Shown here: positions 38,501-49,745 of the stretch, in pieces | How positions within the stretch are numbered: the stretch's first letter is position 1 | Layout: each line of letters begins with the position of its first letter | DNA from: Pavona decussata | Lineage: Eukaryota | Length of the DNA: 64,000 bases | Assembly (NCBI GenBank): GCA_977016875.1 | Contig: CDRNST010000027.1 | Span: 1,984,001-2,048,000 of the forward strand | Direction of reading: 5' to 3' | Notes under the pieces: model-generated | The model's input: only the letters and a program-made list of their open reading frames with translations | The model's database searches: none | What the model was told of the DNA's origin: nothing | Made by a program: the position numbers and the translations under genes

Positions 38501-40139
38501 ACTTGATGAAGTTCTGTGAGGGTATTGATCCTGATCGGGTAACTGTTTTTAATTTGATCAACAAAAGGTATTAGGATCAAGTAATAACATCTTTGTTAAT
38601 TGTAATAACAATAATTGAATTACAATGTTGATTGTCACTTTACTGATGTGCATAAATTATGGACAACAAATTTACTATTTACAAAATGATCAGCATTAGT
38701 TGAAAACAAGATCAGCAAGAAACTTTTCTTCATCTTCTGTAAGTTCCTTGTAGCTTTGTTTTAAATCCACTGGCTGATCTACATAAACCTGCCTATCCTT
38801 GTTTTCAGTGTCTCTTTCACTTGCTAACATCAAATATATTTATTGTTGCACACATTTTTCCTTCTTGGGATGTAAGGTTCAAAATCAGCTGCCTTTGACC
38901 TAAGTGCAACTAGAGATCATTTGTGCTTTGGAACTGAACTAGAAAGGCTCTGCTTTTTGTCCATCTTAAAGAATGACTGCTCAGGCTTGGATGTTTTGAC
39001 GTTAATGCATTTGAGCACCGGTATTTTTTTTCTTTGCAAATGAGGAGTATTTTTAACACGAGCTTTGCCTTTCCTTGATTCACCATGTCTTAAATTTTGT
39101 CCATTATCTGAAGAATACTGTAGCCTTGGGAAGCTTGGTTCTGCAGAAAAAGATTTTTCTTCAGTTATCTTCTGTACAAAAAATGTGGAAATTTCTCCAG
39201 AATCAAACGGATACATACAATTTTTGCTGCTGCAGAGCAAAAGAGCTTCCTTGAAGTTGACATGGAACTGTACAAGCTTGCTTGTGATCCCTTGCTTTGC
39301 ACATGAATCACAAAATTTGTGGCAGTTTTCGGTTGCATGCCTATATGAATTTAAATCCATATAGCAGCTGCAGTTCACAAGAATATAATAATTACTAACT
39401 CTCGTGATGAAAGAGTACAACAAATAAAGATATCTAAAGCCAAACCAACTAGGAATGAACAATAAACGTTCGTGAACGTACCTGAAACTTATGAAACGTT
39501 ACCAAAACGTACCAATGCTAACGTCAGCAAAACCTTAGACACGTGGCCAATTATCCAACAAGATAAACAATAACATTGAATGGTTCAATGTGAATATCTC
39601 TCTGTTGCCCAACTGCAGTACAACTATATGCACACTAGACCCTAGATCTACAGTTCATTTTTCAGCACCCGGCAGTTCACATTGACTTCTATTTGTGCAC
39701 GGAGAACTTTGTGGTTTCATTTACTCTAGTCCTTTAGATGTATGGGCATATAACTTAAGTTTATCCCGGCATAGTAAATCGAACCCAGTTTATGTACATG
39801 ACTCATGCGCCAGCATCTCTCAAGCTCACGTCTTAAGCAGTTATTTTACGTCTCCAGATTAGAAAAGGAAAACCACAAAGAGAAAAAAATGGCTTTAAAA
39901 AGCATACCATATTTCAGGCCAAAAAACTACATTAAATCATCCTTTTTAAACCCAAAAGCTTACGTTTTACTACCACAAGTAACAAGTAATAAGTAACCAC
40001 ACTGTACCTTCATGGATCGAATCGCTTTCCAACCGTCTTCAACGCATCTAATTTCCTCGTAAACGGACTCATGAGGAAGGAGAAGTTGGTTCAATATCTC
40101 GAGATGGCCACGGTCATATTTAATAGCCAAAAGAGACAT
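32570..40139 (-). CDS. MRI1: Methylthioribose-1-phosphate isomerase (exons 40139-40008, 34163-33503, 32850-32570; 357 aa)
   Basis: [25 protein letters not shown]...AIRSMK|VRGAPAIA...ARPTAVN...[19 protein letters not shown]...[12 protein letters not shown]...[18 protein letters not shown]...[20 protein letters not shown]; GT-AG introns, phases 0 and 1. Confidence 0.97.
33189..33382. mobile_element. Short MITE in MRI1 intron 2; same family at 43491-43677
   Basis: TIRs TGTG(C/T)AGTT(T/C)CAGAAAATATCC...GGA(T)TTTTTCT(A/G)AAACT(G/A)CACA in both copies. Confidence 0.7.
35468..36830 (+). CDS. IS630-like DD34E transposase, 4 exons (35468-35821, 35970-36077, 36177-36423, 36574-36830; 321 aa)
   Basis: HTH N-terminus [14 protein letters not shown]; catalytic FLDESGF, MDNAAIHH and [14 protein letters not shown], with 34 residues between the second D and E; GT-AG introns and no stops. 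Confidence 0.92.
36884..38260 (-). CDS. Transposon accessory protein with C-terminal SHOCT-like helix pair, 4 exons (38260-37930, 37825-37680, 37245-37111, 37012-36884; 246 aa)
   Basis: Spliced open frame: [13 protein letters not shown]...ITLWVD...KKRK / acidic SEEDDDE...KLRCWARMM / [17 protein letters not shown] / [41 protein letters not shown]. All junctions are GT-AG and phase-consistent. Confidence 0.85.
38917..39360 (-). CDS. Nested ORF (147 aa) with a USPL1-N-terminus-like Cys motif; short gene or decayed paralog fragment
   Basis: [37 protein letters not shown] fits the CxxC...G...L....F.E...LC....C.YP pattern I recall from the N-terminus of the SUMO isopeptidase USPL1. A CAG acceptor lies 7 nt before the ATG. 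Confidence 0.6.
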   Translation of the reverse strand: MDLNSYRHATENCHKFCDSCAKQGITSKLVQFHVNFKEALLLCSSKNCMYPFDSGEISTFFVQKITEEKSFSAEPSFPRLQYSSDNGQNLRHGESRKGKARVKNTPHLQRKKIPVLKCINVKTSKPEQSFFKMDKKQSLSSSVPKHK

Positions 40140-41259
40140 TTTTTAGCTGAAAAAGTTGGACGACCGAGGGTGTTAGCGACGGAAGCCCCAATGCCCAGTT
40201 CCAATCCCTTTCTTTGCCTCGTTTTGATGACCTCATTCAGTCACCCCTCCCTAGATGACCATATTCGTTCAGTCACCCCTCCCTAGTGAAGTTTATGCGC
40301 GCGTAATGCAAGCGCAAAGAAAAAGAAGAAAAAAGCTTTTTCTTGGGCTTTTGTTTGCACCTGAGTTTTGGATGTTCACGCGCACTTGCACTTGCATTTG
40401 CGCTTGCACTACTACTTGCTGTCAGCCAGCTATTGAAGCGGCCTAATCAGTGTTTTTTTTTTTGTTTTTGTTTTAGGAATTACGCGTCGTGGACGCACGG
40501 CGGTTTACATACAGCTGGCTGTAGTAAAGCCAAAGAAATCTCTCACAACCGGAGAAAAACCAATCACATTTCGAAGAAAGTACATTCAAATGTAAGCTTT
40601 CCACACTTAAGAATTGGTTCATGCTTAGCGTGCGTATATCGAGTTATGGATGCACGCGGGAAGTTTGGAGAGCACGAGAGAAGCGTAAGAGGCGTAGTTG
40701 AGAGCAACTCTAGCTTCTTGAGTGCTCTCCAACCTTTCCAAGTGCATCCATAACTCGACATACGCACAGCTAAAATTATGAGCCAATTCTTTTATAACAT
40801 AGTGACAACAAAGTATCGAAAAGTGGTACGCGGAAAAAAAGGTTGTATTTGTGATTGATTACAAAATTCTCTCAATGCGCTGTACCGAAAAACAAAGGTT
40901 CTTATCAGCTTCACAAACACGCCACAAGGGTATAGTCTGAACGAGAAATTTTTATCTGAAATTGTCAATGAAAATTTGCTTCTTTTAATTAGTTTGTACA
41001 AACTAAAACTATTTTATGAACGCACGGCCGTGCGTGTGTTGAGAAATGTACCATGATGAAGCCAATAGGAATTAGATAGGGAAGCACGTGCACAATGTTA
41101 CAACAACAACAACAACAACAAGCTTCATTACCAAAGTTAAACTTAAACTTGTTATAAAGTCGTTTTGAGGGGAGTGGCGAGGGTGATATGACATCCATAA
41201 AAGCGACTGCGTGGGAGGCTAATTCAAGCGGTGCTACGCGCGGAAAATTACCTGTGAGG

Positions 41260-41520
41260 CAATGACTAGATTGGAGAAGCGTGGAGGGTAAATTTTCCTC
41301 AGATGGTTATACATCATATGTGGGTTAAGTTTGTTGTTGGTTCTCGTCTGTTCTCCGAGAGGTTTTTCTCCGGGTACTCTGGTTTTCCCCTCTCCTCAAA
41401 AACCAACACTCCTAAATTCCAATTCACCGGGTTGGAAAGTGTCCCCAATTAGTGCTCTGTGCTTAAGACATTGACACTTAAACAAAGGAATTTATTATTT
41501 ATTTATTATTATTTATTGCT
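41260..41520 (+). mobile_element. SINE-like repeat remnant
   Basis: ATATGTGGGTTAAGTTTGTTGTTGGTTCTCG...GAGAGGTTTTTCTCCGGGTACTCTGGTTTTCCCCTCTCC body with an (ATTT/ATT)n tail, like common cnidarian SINEs as I recall them. Confidence 0.55.
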
Positions 41521-43090
41521 TTTATAGTGAAATGATCCTTGTGAACCATGGTTTAGAGAATTTCGCTTAAGGACGCGAGAAGAAATTGGCACGGTATTTA
41601 TCCTGCCGACTACGCCATGTTATGTTGGGTTCACTAGACCATGTGGTCCTTCGCTCGTCCCCAGTCCCTTAACAGACAATACCACAGACGGTGCCTCCTT
41701 TTGCAACTGCGCATATGTTCTGCGCATTTTGCTTCAATTCGGGGGAAAAATCGTACATTGTTTTGCATTTTAAAAGCTTTTTATAATTACAAGTGTTGTT
41801 TAAATGCATGGTTAACCTCATTTTTCTTTTTGGATTCTAATATATAGCATAATAGCATTTCCCTCATCATTCGTGATCATAGACATTTAAAAATACCAGC
41901 GTTCTTAGGTCTGCGGTTACGCTGCGCTCGCCGGTCTCGAAAAAAGGCGATTACGTGAAATTTGACATAAAAATCCGACACTCCAACTGAAAAACCACCA
42001 TTCAGTTTAATGGAACTAAAAGGCTCAGGCCCGGTGAAACTAAGCGTATATATGGAATATAATTCGTATACCGGGGTTTAAAAAATCGACAATGCGAATT
42101 TCAGCAGTGAAACTATAGGTACCAACCAAGAAAACGGGACAACCACAAAGGAAATTTTGCAGTAGAACAAACTAATAACGTGTACCGTGTTCCATTTACC
42201 TCAGATTCAGCAGTCTCTCCGTCACGATGTTCGTTGTACCGAGGTGCATGATAGCCGGGTGACACCGCAAAAATAAGTTTCCCGCGATAAATAGAAACCT
42301 TTTAATTAATCTAAATTTTAATCAATCCATTGTTAGTCTGAGTTTCGTGATTGGTTGTTTTACCTTGAAGGGCCAGAATGCCCACAATTAGGCTCTTGTG
42401 GACACTCTGCAAGTTCTTTTTGACATATTCCGATAGCCATCAATCCAGAATGATAAAGCAAGAAGGTGTGTTCAAAGTGTTTGTAACAGCACTTTACTGA
42501 ACGTCTCTGTGATGCATCGGCATTGTTTTCGGAATATTTAAAGTCATTTATATAAACAGTTGGCAGATAACAAAATTTTGCTGCCTTTGTAGATGGCGCA
42601 AATTTATTTTTGCGGCAGAAAATCGAAACGCGATGATTTTTCTCTTCTTCGTGTTTTCTTTCTGTGGTATTAATTGTTGACAGTTAATTTTTGCCTAAAT
42701 GAAAGTTTACACAGGTGTCTTTTCTTGAAACGTCTTCTCTTACTCTCTTGAAAATTTAATGCTATGGTAGGAGTACAACAAAGGCTTTTGACACGCGAAT
42801 CGGACTTGACATGTTTAAGCAGCTTTGCAGAGACCATCTTTCTGTCAGGGCTGAACCGATTTCTTCTCAAAACAGAACGAAATTAGAAACCATTAATCGT
42901 CAAGTTCACATTTACGTATAAGATAAGTTTTGCAGAACAATTATTGAAATTGCTTTTTCGAAGCAAGAGGAGACGATAGCAGATGGCTTAAGTTTTCACG
43001 TCTCTTAAAATGCTCTATACTTTGGGCTGCTTCGCTTTTTTGACATTGTCGTTCGCTTTTCATCCAATTACTGTCCCAAACCAAGCTTTA

Positions 43091-43889
43091 GGGACTGGTC
43101 ATAAAGTACCGGGGGGGGGGGGGGGTGGGCTGGAAAAATTCATTTTTACGAAGGCTAGTTTTGTGTGACCCACCCTCATATTTTTGCAGAATAATGCATG
43201 GCCCACCCATATTTTTCAGGTAAAAAATGAAATGACCCACCCCTAGTAAATAAAGGTAAGACTATACATAAAACTAGACAAATTAGAGGACAAGTATGAT
43301 AGAGGAAGGAGCACACATGCACAAAGTCTTGTTTTTGAAGTTTATCATTGCATGAGATCTATTTTTGTTGAAATACCTGAAATGATTTTGAGAAGATAAT
43401 GTGCATCTAATATGTATCATTAATAACCACATGGAATCATAGTTGTTCATTTTAATGGATGCGAGTGAACTTGCCCTTTTCTTGATAGAATGTGTAGTTC
43501 CAGAAAATATCCTTACCCCACCCATGGAGGGAATTCAAGATTCTGGAGGGGATGGTGGTAAGAGAAAGAACAAAATTACAGAGATTGTATGAAAGAAACT
43601 TGGAAGTTCCTGGCGGTAGGGCGTCCTTTTATAAATTCCCTCTGTGATGGGGGATGGATATTTTCTGAAACTACACAATTATAATTTGTGCTTTTACTGT
43701 TAATACATTTCACAGTTTTACTGGCAAAAGGCACCATTTGATGCAAAACATGTGCAAAAATATTATGTGCCCCACCCCTTTAATGATGCATGGTTTTTGC
43801 TAGCCCACCCCTTTTTACATGCATGAAAACAGTGACCCACCCCCCCTTTTTTTCCAGCCCACCCCCCCCTGTACTTTATGACCAGTCCC
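43091..43889. mobile_element. PIF/Harbinger-type MITE (799 bp, TTA TSD) inserted in a coding exon, with a nested MITE at 43491-43677
   Basis: TTA|GGGACTGGTCATAAAGTAC...GTACTTTATGACCAGTCCC|TTA. Confidence 0.92.
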
Positions 43890-45711
43890 TTACTTGGCCA
43901 TGTTTATCGCTCGTTGCAAGACTTAGACTGGCTTAACTGTATTCAGTCCTGTCACGATGACCCGCACTGTTTTTCGTACAACTTTGTTCCTACAAAGCAT
44001 GGCCTCGGCGTGTGCCAGATGATTGATTGTGGATTTGAGGACTTGTGCAACACTGAGCCGGGTCTCGTTTTCTCTGCTGGAGCGATATTTCAACAGATAG
44101 CAGCAATAGAGGTAAGGAAATAAATCATTCTCATACTAATGTTGAATCTTTACTATGCCGTTATCGCGGTCATACTCTAAAGATCCAATATATAATAGAA
44201 CGAACAATTAACTAATGTTGCTAGATTAGTTTGCACAGATCAAAAAAGGTCCGAAATTTCGCTCTGACTAGAAGAGCCTTGAAAACCCTATACTCCGAAG
44301 TACTCGAAACGTGTTAACCGTAAAGGATATAATGTGTACGAATTCTTAAGTTTGTAGACTCGAACTCAAAATATGGCCGGAAAATAGACAGTATCTGACT
44401 TGACAGCGTTGGACTGGCGGGTGAATAACAGGGCCCGCGGAGCGGGTTTTGGAGTCGGGGCTAAAGGGAACGCGTTAGCGTGAGGCAACCAGGTGGGTCC
44501 GGGGGCATGCTACCCCGAAAATGTCTAAACTTAAGTCTTCTGAAATGGCAAAAAATGCATCAAAAACTGTCAAAAATGATGTAAATTTTAATTGTATCAA
44601 CTAAAATATGTTTTCTTTTCTTTTGAAGTAAGGAGTCAATGCTTCAGTCTGGCCCTTACATTCGACCAACACAACGGGCTGATGCATGAGACGTAAATTT
44701 TCAACTTGTTTTCTTGTGAAAGCCAGCAGCTTACGAAAACCCAGTTTCGTTGTTCATGTTTCCGTAAATCATAATTATGTGCTTCTTTTGAAACTTGATC
44801 TTCGTGTAACACCGATCCAAGAACCAATGAAAATAGAAACAACAGCTGAAATTCCAATATTTAACGGTTGAAATCTAGCCGTCCGTTCAGCAGCAAAACT
44901 AACAACAAACTGACAGAAATTGTCGGGTTTGTCGGAGAAAACCTTATATGCTTAATAACATGTAGTGAGTTGTTTGTGTAANNNNNNNNNNNNNNNNNNN
45001 NNNNNNNNNNNNNNNNNNNNNNNNNNNNNNNNNNNNNNNNNNNNNNNNNNNNNNNNNNNNNNNNNNNNNNNNNNNNNNNNNNNNNNNNNNNNNNNNNNNN
45101 NNNNNNNNNNNNNNNNNNNNNNNNNNNNNNNNNAAAAAGTGACCCCTCCGCGGTCCCTGAAATACCCTGGCGTCTTTGCAAGATACTATCACTAAGCCTC
45201 GTAAATAACTTGTCTCATTCATAACAGCTCATAGAACATACACCTCAAATAGCACAGACGGTTCACTAGCCAATCTCATTCTGCGGTACTGTCAGCGGGA
45301 ACTTGGTGTACTAAGCTCCACACTGTGAAGTCCGTATACAGGAACGTTGAACTGTATGCCTTCCAGCTGAACGATGCGTACGTTTAGTTGTTATCGGGAG
45401 AAAATAGTTTTTATCGTGACATCTTATAGCTGCTACGGGACGATTATAGCAACTATTATCAATGTATTTTAGTATTTTAACTGTGAACAATATTTGTTCA
45501 TGCTTTTCGCACATTTGTAATCTTTTTAGGGTACTGAGATATGCGAGTCCTCGCCAAACACACGAGGGTCACGAGCAGGTAGGTGGACGGAGTACACGAC
45601 CAGTAAATCTGAGGTCACGGATGCACATCCGTATTAATTTATCCGTATTTAGGCACATCCGTATTAATTTTTCAATAAATAATCAGAGGGAGGAGGGATT
45701 TCAGTTCAGTT

Positions 45712-46609
45712 CAGGGGCGTAGCCAGGATTGCTAGGAGGTGGGGGGGGGGGGGGGGGGGGTTCCAAATTGGTTCCAACGAAAACGGTTGGTCTAAAATCC
45801 TTACATTGCGTACGTACAAGACTTTGGCGTTTACGCTACGCAAACAGAAGACGCCTTGGTTGCCGTTGAGCGAACGTGTTTATCACTTCCTCGATATTTA
45901 TGTCTCGGTGGTAATTGATGTTCATCAACGCCAGCCCAGACCCTCGCTTGCTTGACATGGTTAACCTCAGGTATGCTTTTAACCTTCTTAGTGTACTGAA
46001 TGAGCGCTCACATTCAGCTGACGTTATCGGCAGCGTGCACAAACTGCGGATCGAGGTGTGGATGTTAGGAAACAACTCTCGATCGCATGCTGTGAGTGTC
46101 TGAACTGCACTAGTGGGAAGGTCGGCATCCTCAGTGCTGCACCACTTTCTCTTCCATCGCAGGAGCTCAACATCAACCACATGAGGAGAAGGAAGGTCGT
46201 TCTCATAAAACTCCAGCACTGCTTCAAAGTCAAGATTTCTGTCTCCGACGGCTACCAGCTCGGGAAGAAGATTAAAGAGGCTGGACAAGACAGCATCATT
46301 AGTAGGATTGATGTTTTCATCTCTGATTGTAGATGGTCTAGAAGGGGAATAGCAACTGCCCTCTTATAGTAATCAGATGGTGTCTGGGCTGGTACATTGT
46401 CGCGATGCTGCTGTATCGCAAATAGATACCACAATGACGTTCACTGTACTTATTGTAAGCATAGAACAAATCGAAGAATGTCAGGAATTGAGAGTCCATT
46501 ACACTCTTGCTGGGATAAAATCACTGTTATAAATAGGAGGGGGGTTCCTAGACGCGAGAGAGGGGGTTCCGGAACCCCTGGAACCCTCCCCTAGCTGGCT
46601 ACGCCCCTG
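45712..46609 (-). mobile_element. hAT deletion derivative retaining the C-terminal dimerization-domain coding region
   Basis: TIR CAGGGGCGTAGCCAG / CTGGCTACGCCCCTG. ORF remnant ...YYKRAVAIPLLDHL...ELLRWKRKW...FPNIHTSIRSLCTLPITSAECERSFSTLRRLKAYLRLTMS... (hATC, THAP12/PRKRIR-like). Only a 5-bp flank match (CAGTT) instead of a clean 8-bp TSD. Confidence 0.88.
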
Positions 46610-47686
46610 CAGTTGTTTTTCTTGGCGAAGCCGAACTCGCATAACTGCGTCAGTAAACTGACTTTTATGTTAGATTTCATTTTGTTTCCTTTCGGCTCCA
46701 GAACAACTTACAGATAAGATCAAGTAACTGAACTTTTAGTTTTAGCCAATACCGCTCAGTGACGTATTTCTTTTCTAAGATTTCAGTTTGCTCTTCCCCT
46801 CACCGGGATCAATAGCTAATTATGTACAAGGTGGCGGCAGTATCATCAATCTTTCCGAGTTGAGCGTGTGTTTCTGGTTCAAGTCTTCAAAAAAGCGCAA
46901 TACTGTCTTCAGCTACATCGGCACCAGGGGAGCAAAAGAATTGGCGCTAGAAATTTACGACACGCATTATGTCACGCTTACCATTGGGGACAAACAGAGG
47001 TAAGGGTCGCAGTCAACCCAAGTACACCGCTGTAAGTGTTGAGAGGAAGCGAGGGCTAGGGCCGTGTACTCCTCCCCTGACAGTGAAATGTNNNNNNNNN
47101 NNNNNNNNNNNNNNNNNNNNNNNNNNNNNNNNNNNNNNNNNNNNNNNNNNNNNNNNNNNNNNNNNNNNNNNNNNNNNNNNNNNNNNNNNNNNNNNNNNNN
47201 NNNNNNNNNNNNNNNNNNNNNNNNNNNNNNNNNNNNNNNNNNNNNNNNNNNNNAATGCTTGAATATGATTGGTTCTTAACAGCCCATATTTATAGCTTAA
47301 TTTTGCTATGTAACTACAAAACTGTCCGATTTGACCTGTCCGATTACTAGAAGCTTGTAATCGGACAGGTCAAATCGGACAGTTTAAGAACCAATGAAAA
47401 GCAAGTAGCAAATGCCACTAGCAAATGAAATTTCACTACATGGCACATGATAACCAATAAAAAATCAATGAAAAAATTGTGACCAGGTAAGCTGATAAGC
47501 TTCAACTGGAAAAGAAAAAAGGAGGAAACTAACTGGTCCAGTGACTTTTATTCAGACATTTTTTCTTTAGACTTTGACATTTTGTTATTGGCACAATTAA
47601 TTGGTAATAGGACTTCGTGCCTTACAATTCAGGGGGAATCAGGCTCGTAAATTCAAATTGTACTCCACTCAGTCCTATTACCATTA

Positions 47687-47687
47687 C

Positions 47688-47757
<70 letters not shown>
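47687..47757. repeat. (TTA)n microsatellite
   Basis: More than 20 perfect TTA units. Confidence 0.95.
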
Positions 47758-47759
<2 letters not shown>

Positions 47760-48290
47760 GTAAGCTACAATGCCTGCAGAATTCGGCTGCTAGACTTATT
47801 AATCTCGTTCCTCGCAGTAGCCATACCACGCCCATATTGCATTCTTAAGCAAGTAAAAATTCACGATAAAATTGATATAATAATTAACGATAAAAAGAAA
47901 TAATGACGTCGACTCCGAAACGTCGTTCGATTTTATCGTTGATTTTTTAAAATTTTCAATGTGTTACCAAACCTTTGCTTATTGTATTCTTTGAAGTTAT
48001 TATTATAACTTCAATTCAAAGCAATACATGGTCTTGTGCCTAAGTACATATGTGACTAGGTTTCTATTGTGAAACAGTTTCGCTATAATCTAAGACCCAA
48101 TGATGGACTATTGTTAACACCACTAAGTTCGAAACGAAAAGAATACTTTAGGGGATCGCGCATTTTCAGTTGCGGCCCCTAACCGCTGGAATCAGTTGCC
48201 TGCGGACATTCGTAAGGCGGACAATTTAACAAGTTTAAAAGTTTATTGAAGGCGCATCTTTTTAGGCTTTCTTTCAATTCGTAAAGCACA
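47760..48290 (+). mobile_element. Degraded 3' end of a CR1/L2-type LINE
   Basis: Remnant reading KLQCLQNSAARLI...HTTPILHS and ...GDRAFSVAAPNRWNQLPADIR...LLKAHLF, typical of the L2/CR1 ORF2 C-terminus. Confidence 0.75.
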
Positions 48291-49380
48291 AATGTTCTTG
48301 TTTTTGCCTTTTTTCTTCTTTTTAAGGTATTTAGGTTTTGTTTTGTTGTTATGTAATTCCTTTTTTTGGTAATTTTAGTTAAGCTTATGTTTTAGCTGAA
48401 ATGCGCTTTTAATTATATTCATGTACAATAAGCAGATTATAAATGTTATTATTAGTAGTAGTACAGTCAACTCTCGCCTTACGGACACCTCGCTATTACC
48501 GCAATAAAGGGAATTAACTAAANNNNNNNNNNNNNNNNNNNNNNNNNNNNNNNNNNNNNNNNNNNNNNNNNNNNNNNNNNNNNNNNNNNNNNNNNNNNNN
48601 NNNNNNNNNNNNNNNNNNNNNNNNNNNNNNNNNNNNNNNNNNNNNNNNNNNNNNNNNNNNNNNNNNNNNNNNNNNNNNNNNNNNNNNNNNNNNNNNNNNN
48701 NNNNNNNNNNNNNNNNNNNNNNNNNNNNNNNNNNNNNNNNNNNNNNNNNNNNNNNNTTATCGGATTGATTGCTTTTGCATTCATTTAATCAGTATGAATA
48801 GCCCTTTCTAGAGAAAAATTATTTTTTAAAAAATTGTCCACTAAAAAGGTGTTTAGTTACGCTTATTGAACTGCTGACCAAAAAAATTTTAATTGGGGGC
48901 CCTTTTCAAAAGGTTTAAAATATATAAAATTTTTATTCTTGCAACTACTTTCAACCGTCAGAACAATTAATGTGCAACTGAATGACCGCAAATGGCACCA
49001 TGTTTGTGTTATGTGGACCAACTCTGATGGACAGTGGGCGTTCTTCAAAGACGGAGTGGTTGTAAGACGCCATACAAATTACAAGACCCAGTACTTTATT
49101 TTACCAGGAGGAAGTTTGGTGCTCGGACAAGAACAATTCAGCGACAAGACGTTTGATTCCGGTCGTTCTTTTGAAGGCGAAATGACCAACTTCAACCTAT
49201 GGTCACGCTATCTGACGGCCATTGAGATTTCACGCATGTCTAAATCTTGCCTGAGTGGAAGGGGAGATGTATTTAAATGGTCGAGATTTAGGGGAGGGCT
49301 TAAAGGGAAAGTGAAAGCCGTGAGGCCCAGCTCGTGCGATCACTGAGACCCTTTGATGGAGTCTCCGCTAAATATACTTT

Positions 49381-49745
49381 TGCCGTAAACTGCCACTTAC
49401 AAGCCCTGCCGGATTGTACAACTTCTTAAGAGGTTTTAGATGGGCTTATAAACGGAGGGGCGTAAATCCGAGGGGGCTTATAACAGAAAAAAAAAACCGT
49501 TTCGAAACAAGCTATAGCAGTGTTGATCGAAATACGTTTTTCATTTACTGGTTTTTAATTAAGCTTTAAAACGTCATAATACGTAATAAATTATGTGCTT
49601 AATAACTCTCAAAACAAGGAAAGCTATGGAGCAGATGGAGGGGCTTATAATCGGAATATTGTATTTTGTGGTTTACAGGTAGATGGGCCTATAAACGGGA
49701 GGAGGGGGGGGGGGGGGGGAAGGTTACAAGCGGCAGTTTACGGTA
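49381..49745. mobile_element. MITE with CCGTAAACTGCC / GGCAGTTTACGG TIRs
   Basis: Inverted termini and internal GGGCTTATA repeats; TA flank on the right. Confidence 0.65.

Larger units (their letters stand above)
43010..49346 (+). pseudogene. Secreted PAN/apple + pentraxin gene with exon 1 interrupted by a MITE (43010-43090 + 43893-44111; linker exon unresolved; 46780-46999; 48962-49346)
   Basis: Removing the MITE and one TTA gives MLYTLGCFAFLTLSFAFHPITVPNQALLGHVYRSL...CIQSCHDDPHCFSYN...CQM. Later exons give DFSLLFP...LSVCFWFK...VFSY and WHHVCVMW...GGSLVLGQEQ...FNLWSRYLT. Exon 1 ends in phase 0 and the next identified exon starts in phase 1, so a linker exon is missing, possibly in the gap. 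Confidence 0.75.

Noticed and set aside
44633-44690. Candidate linker exon (ESMLQSGPYIRPTQRAD) for the PAN-pentraxin gene
   Set aside because: The acceptor is plausible, but there is no canonical phase-1 GT donor before the TGA; left unresolved.
47601-47903. Poly-Leu / poly-Ile ORFs resembling membrane segments
   Set aside because: Translation of the (TTA)n microsatellite.
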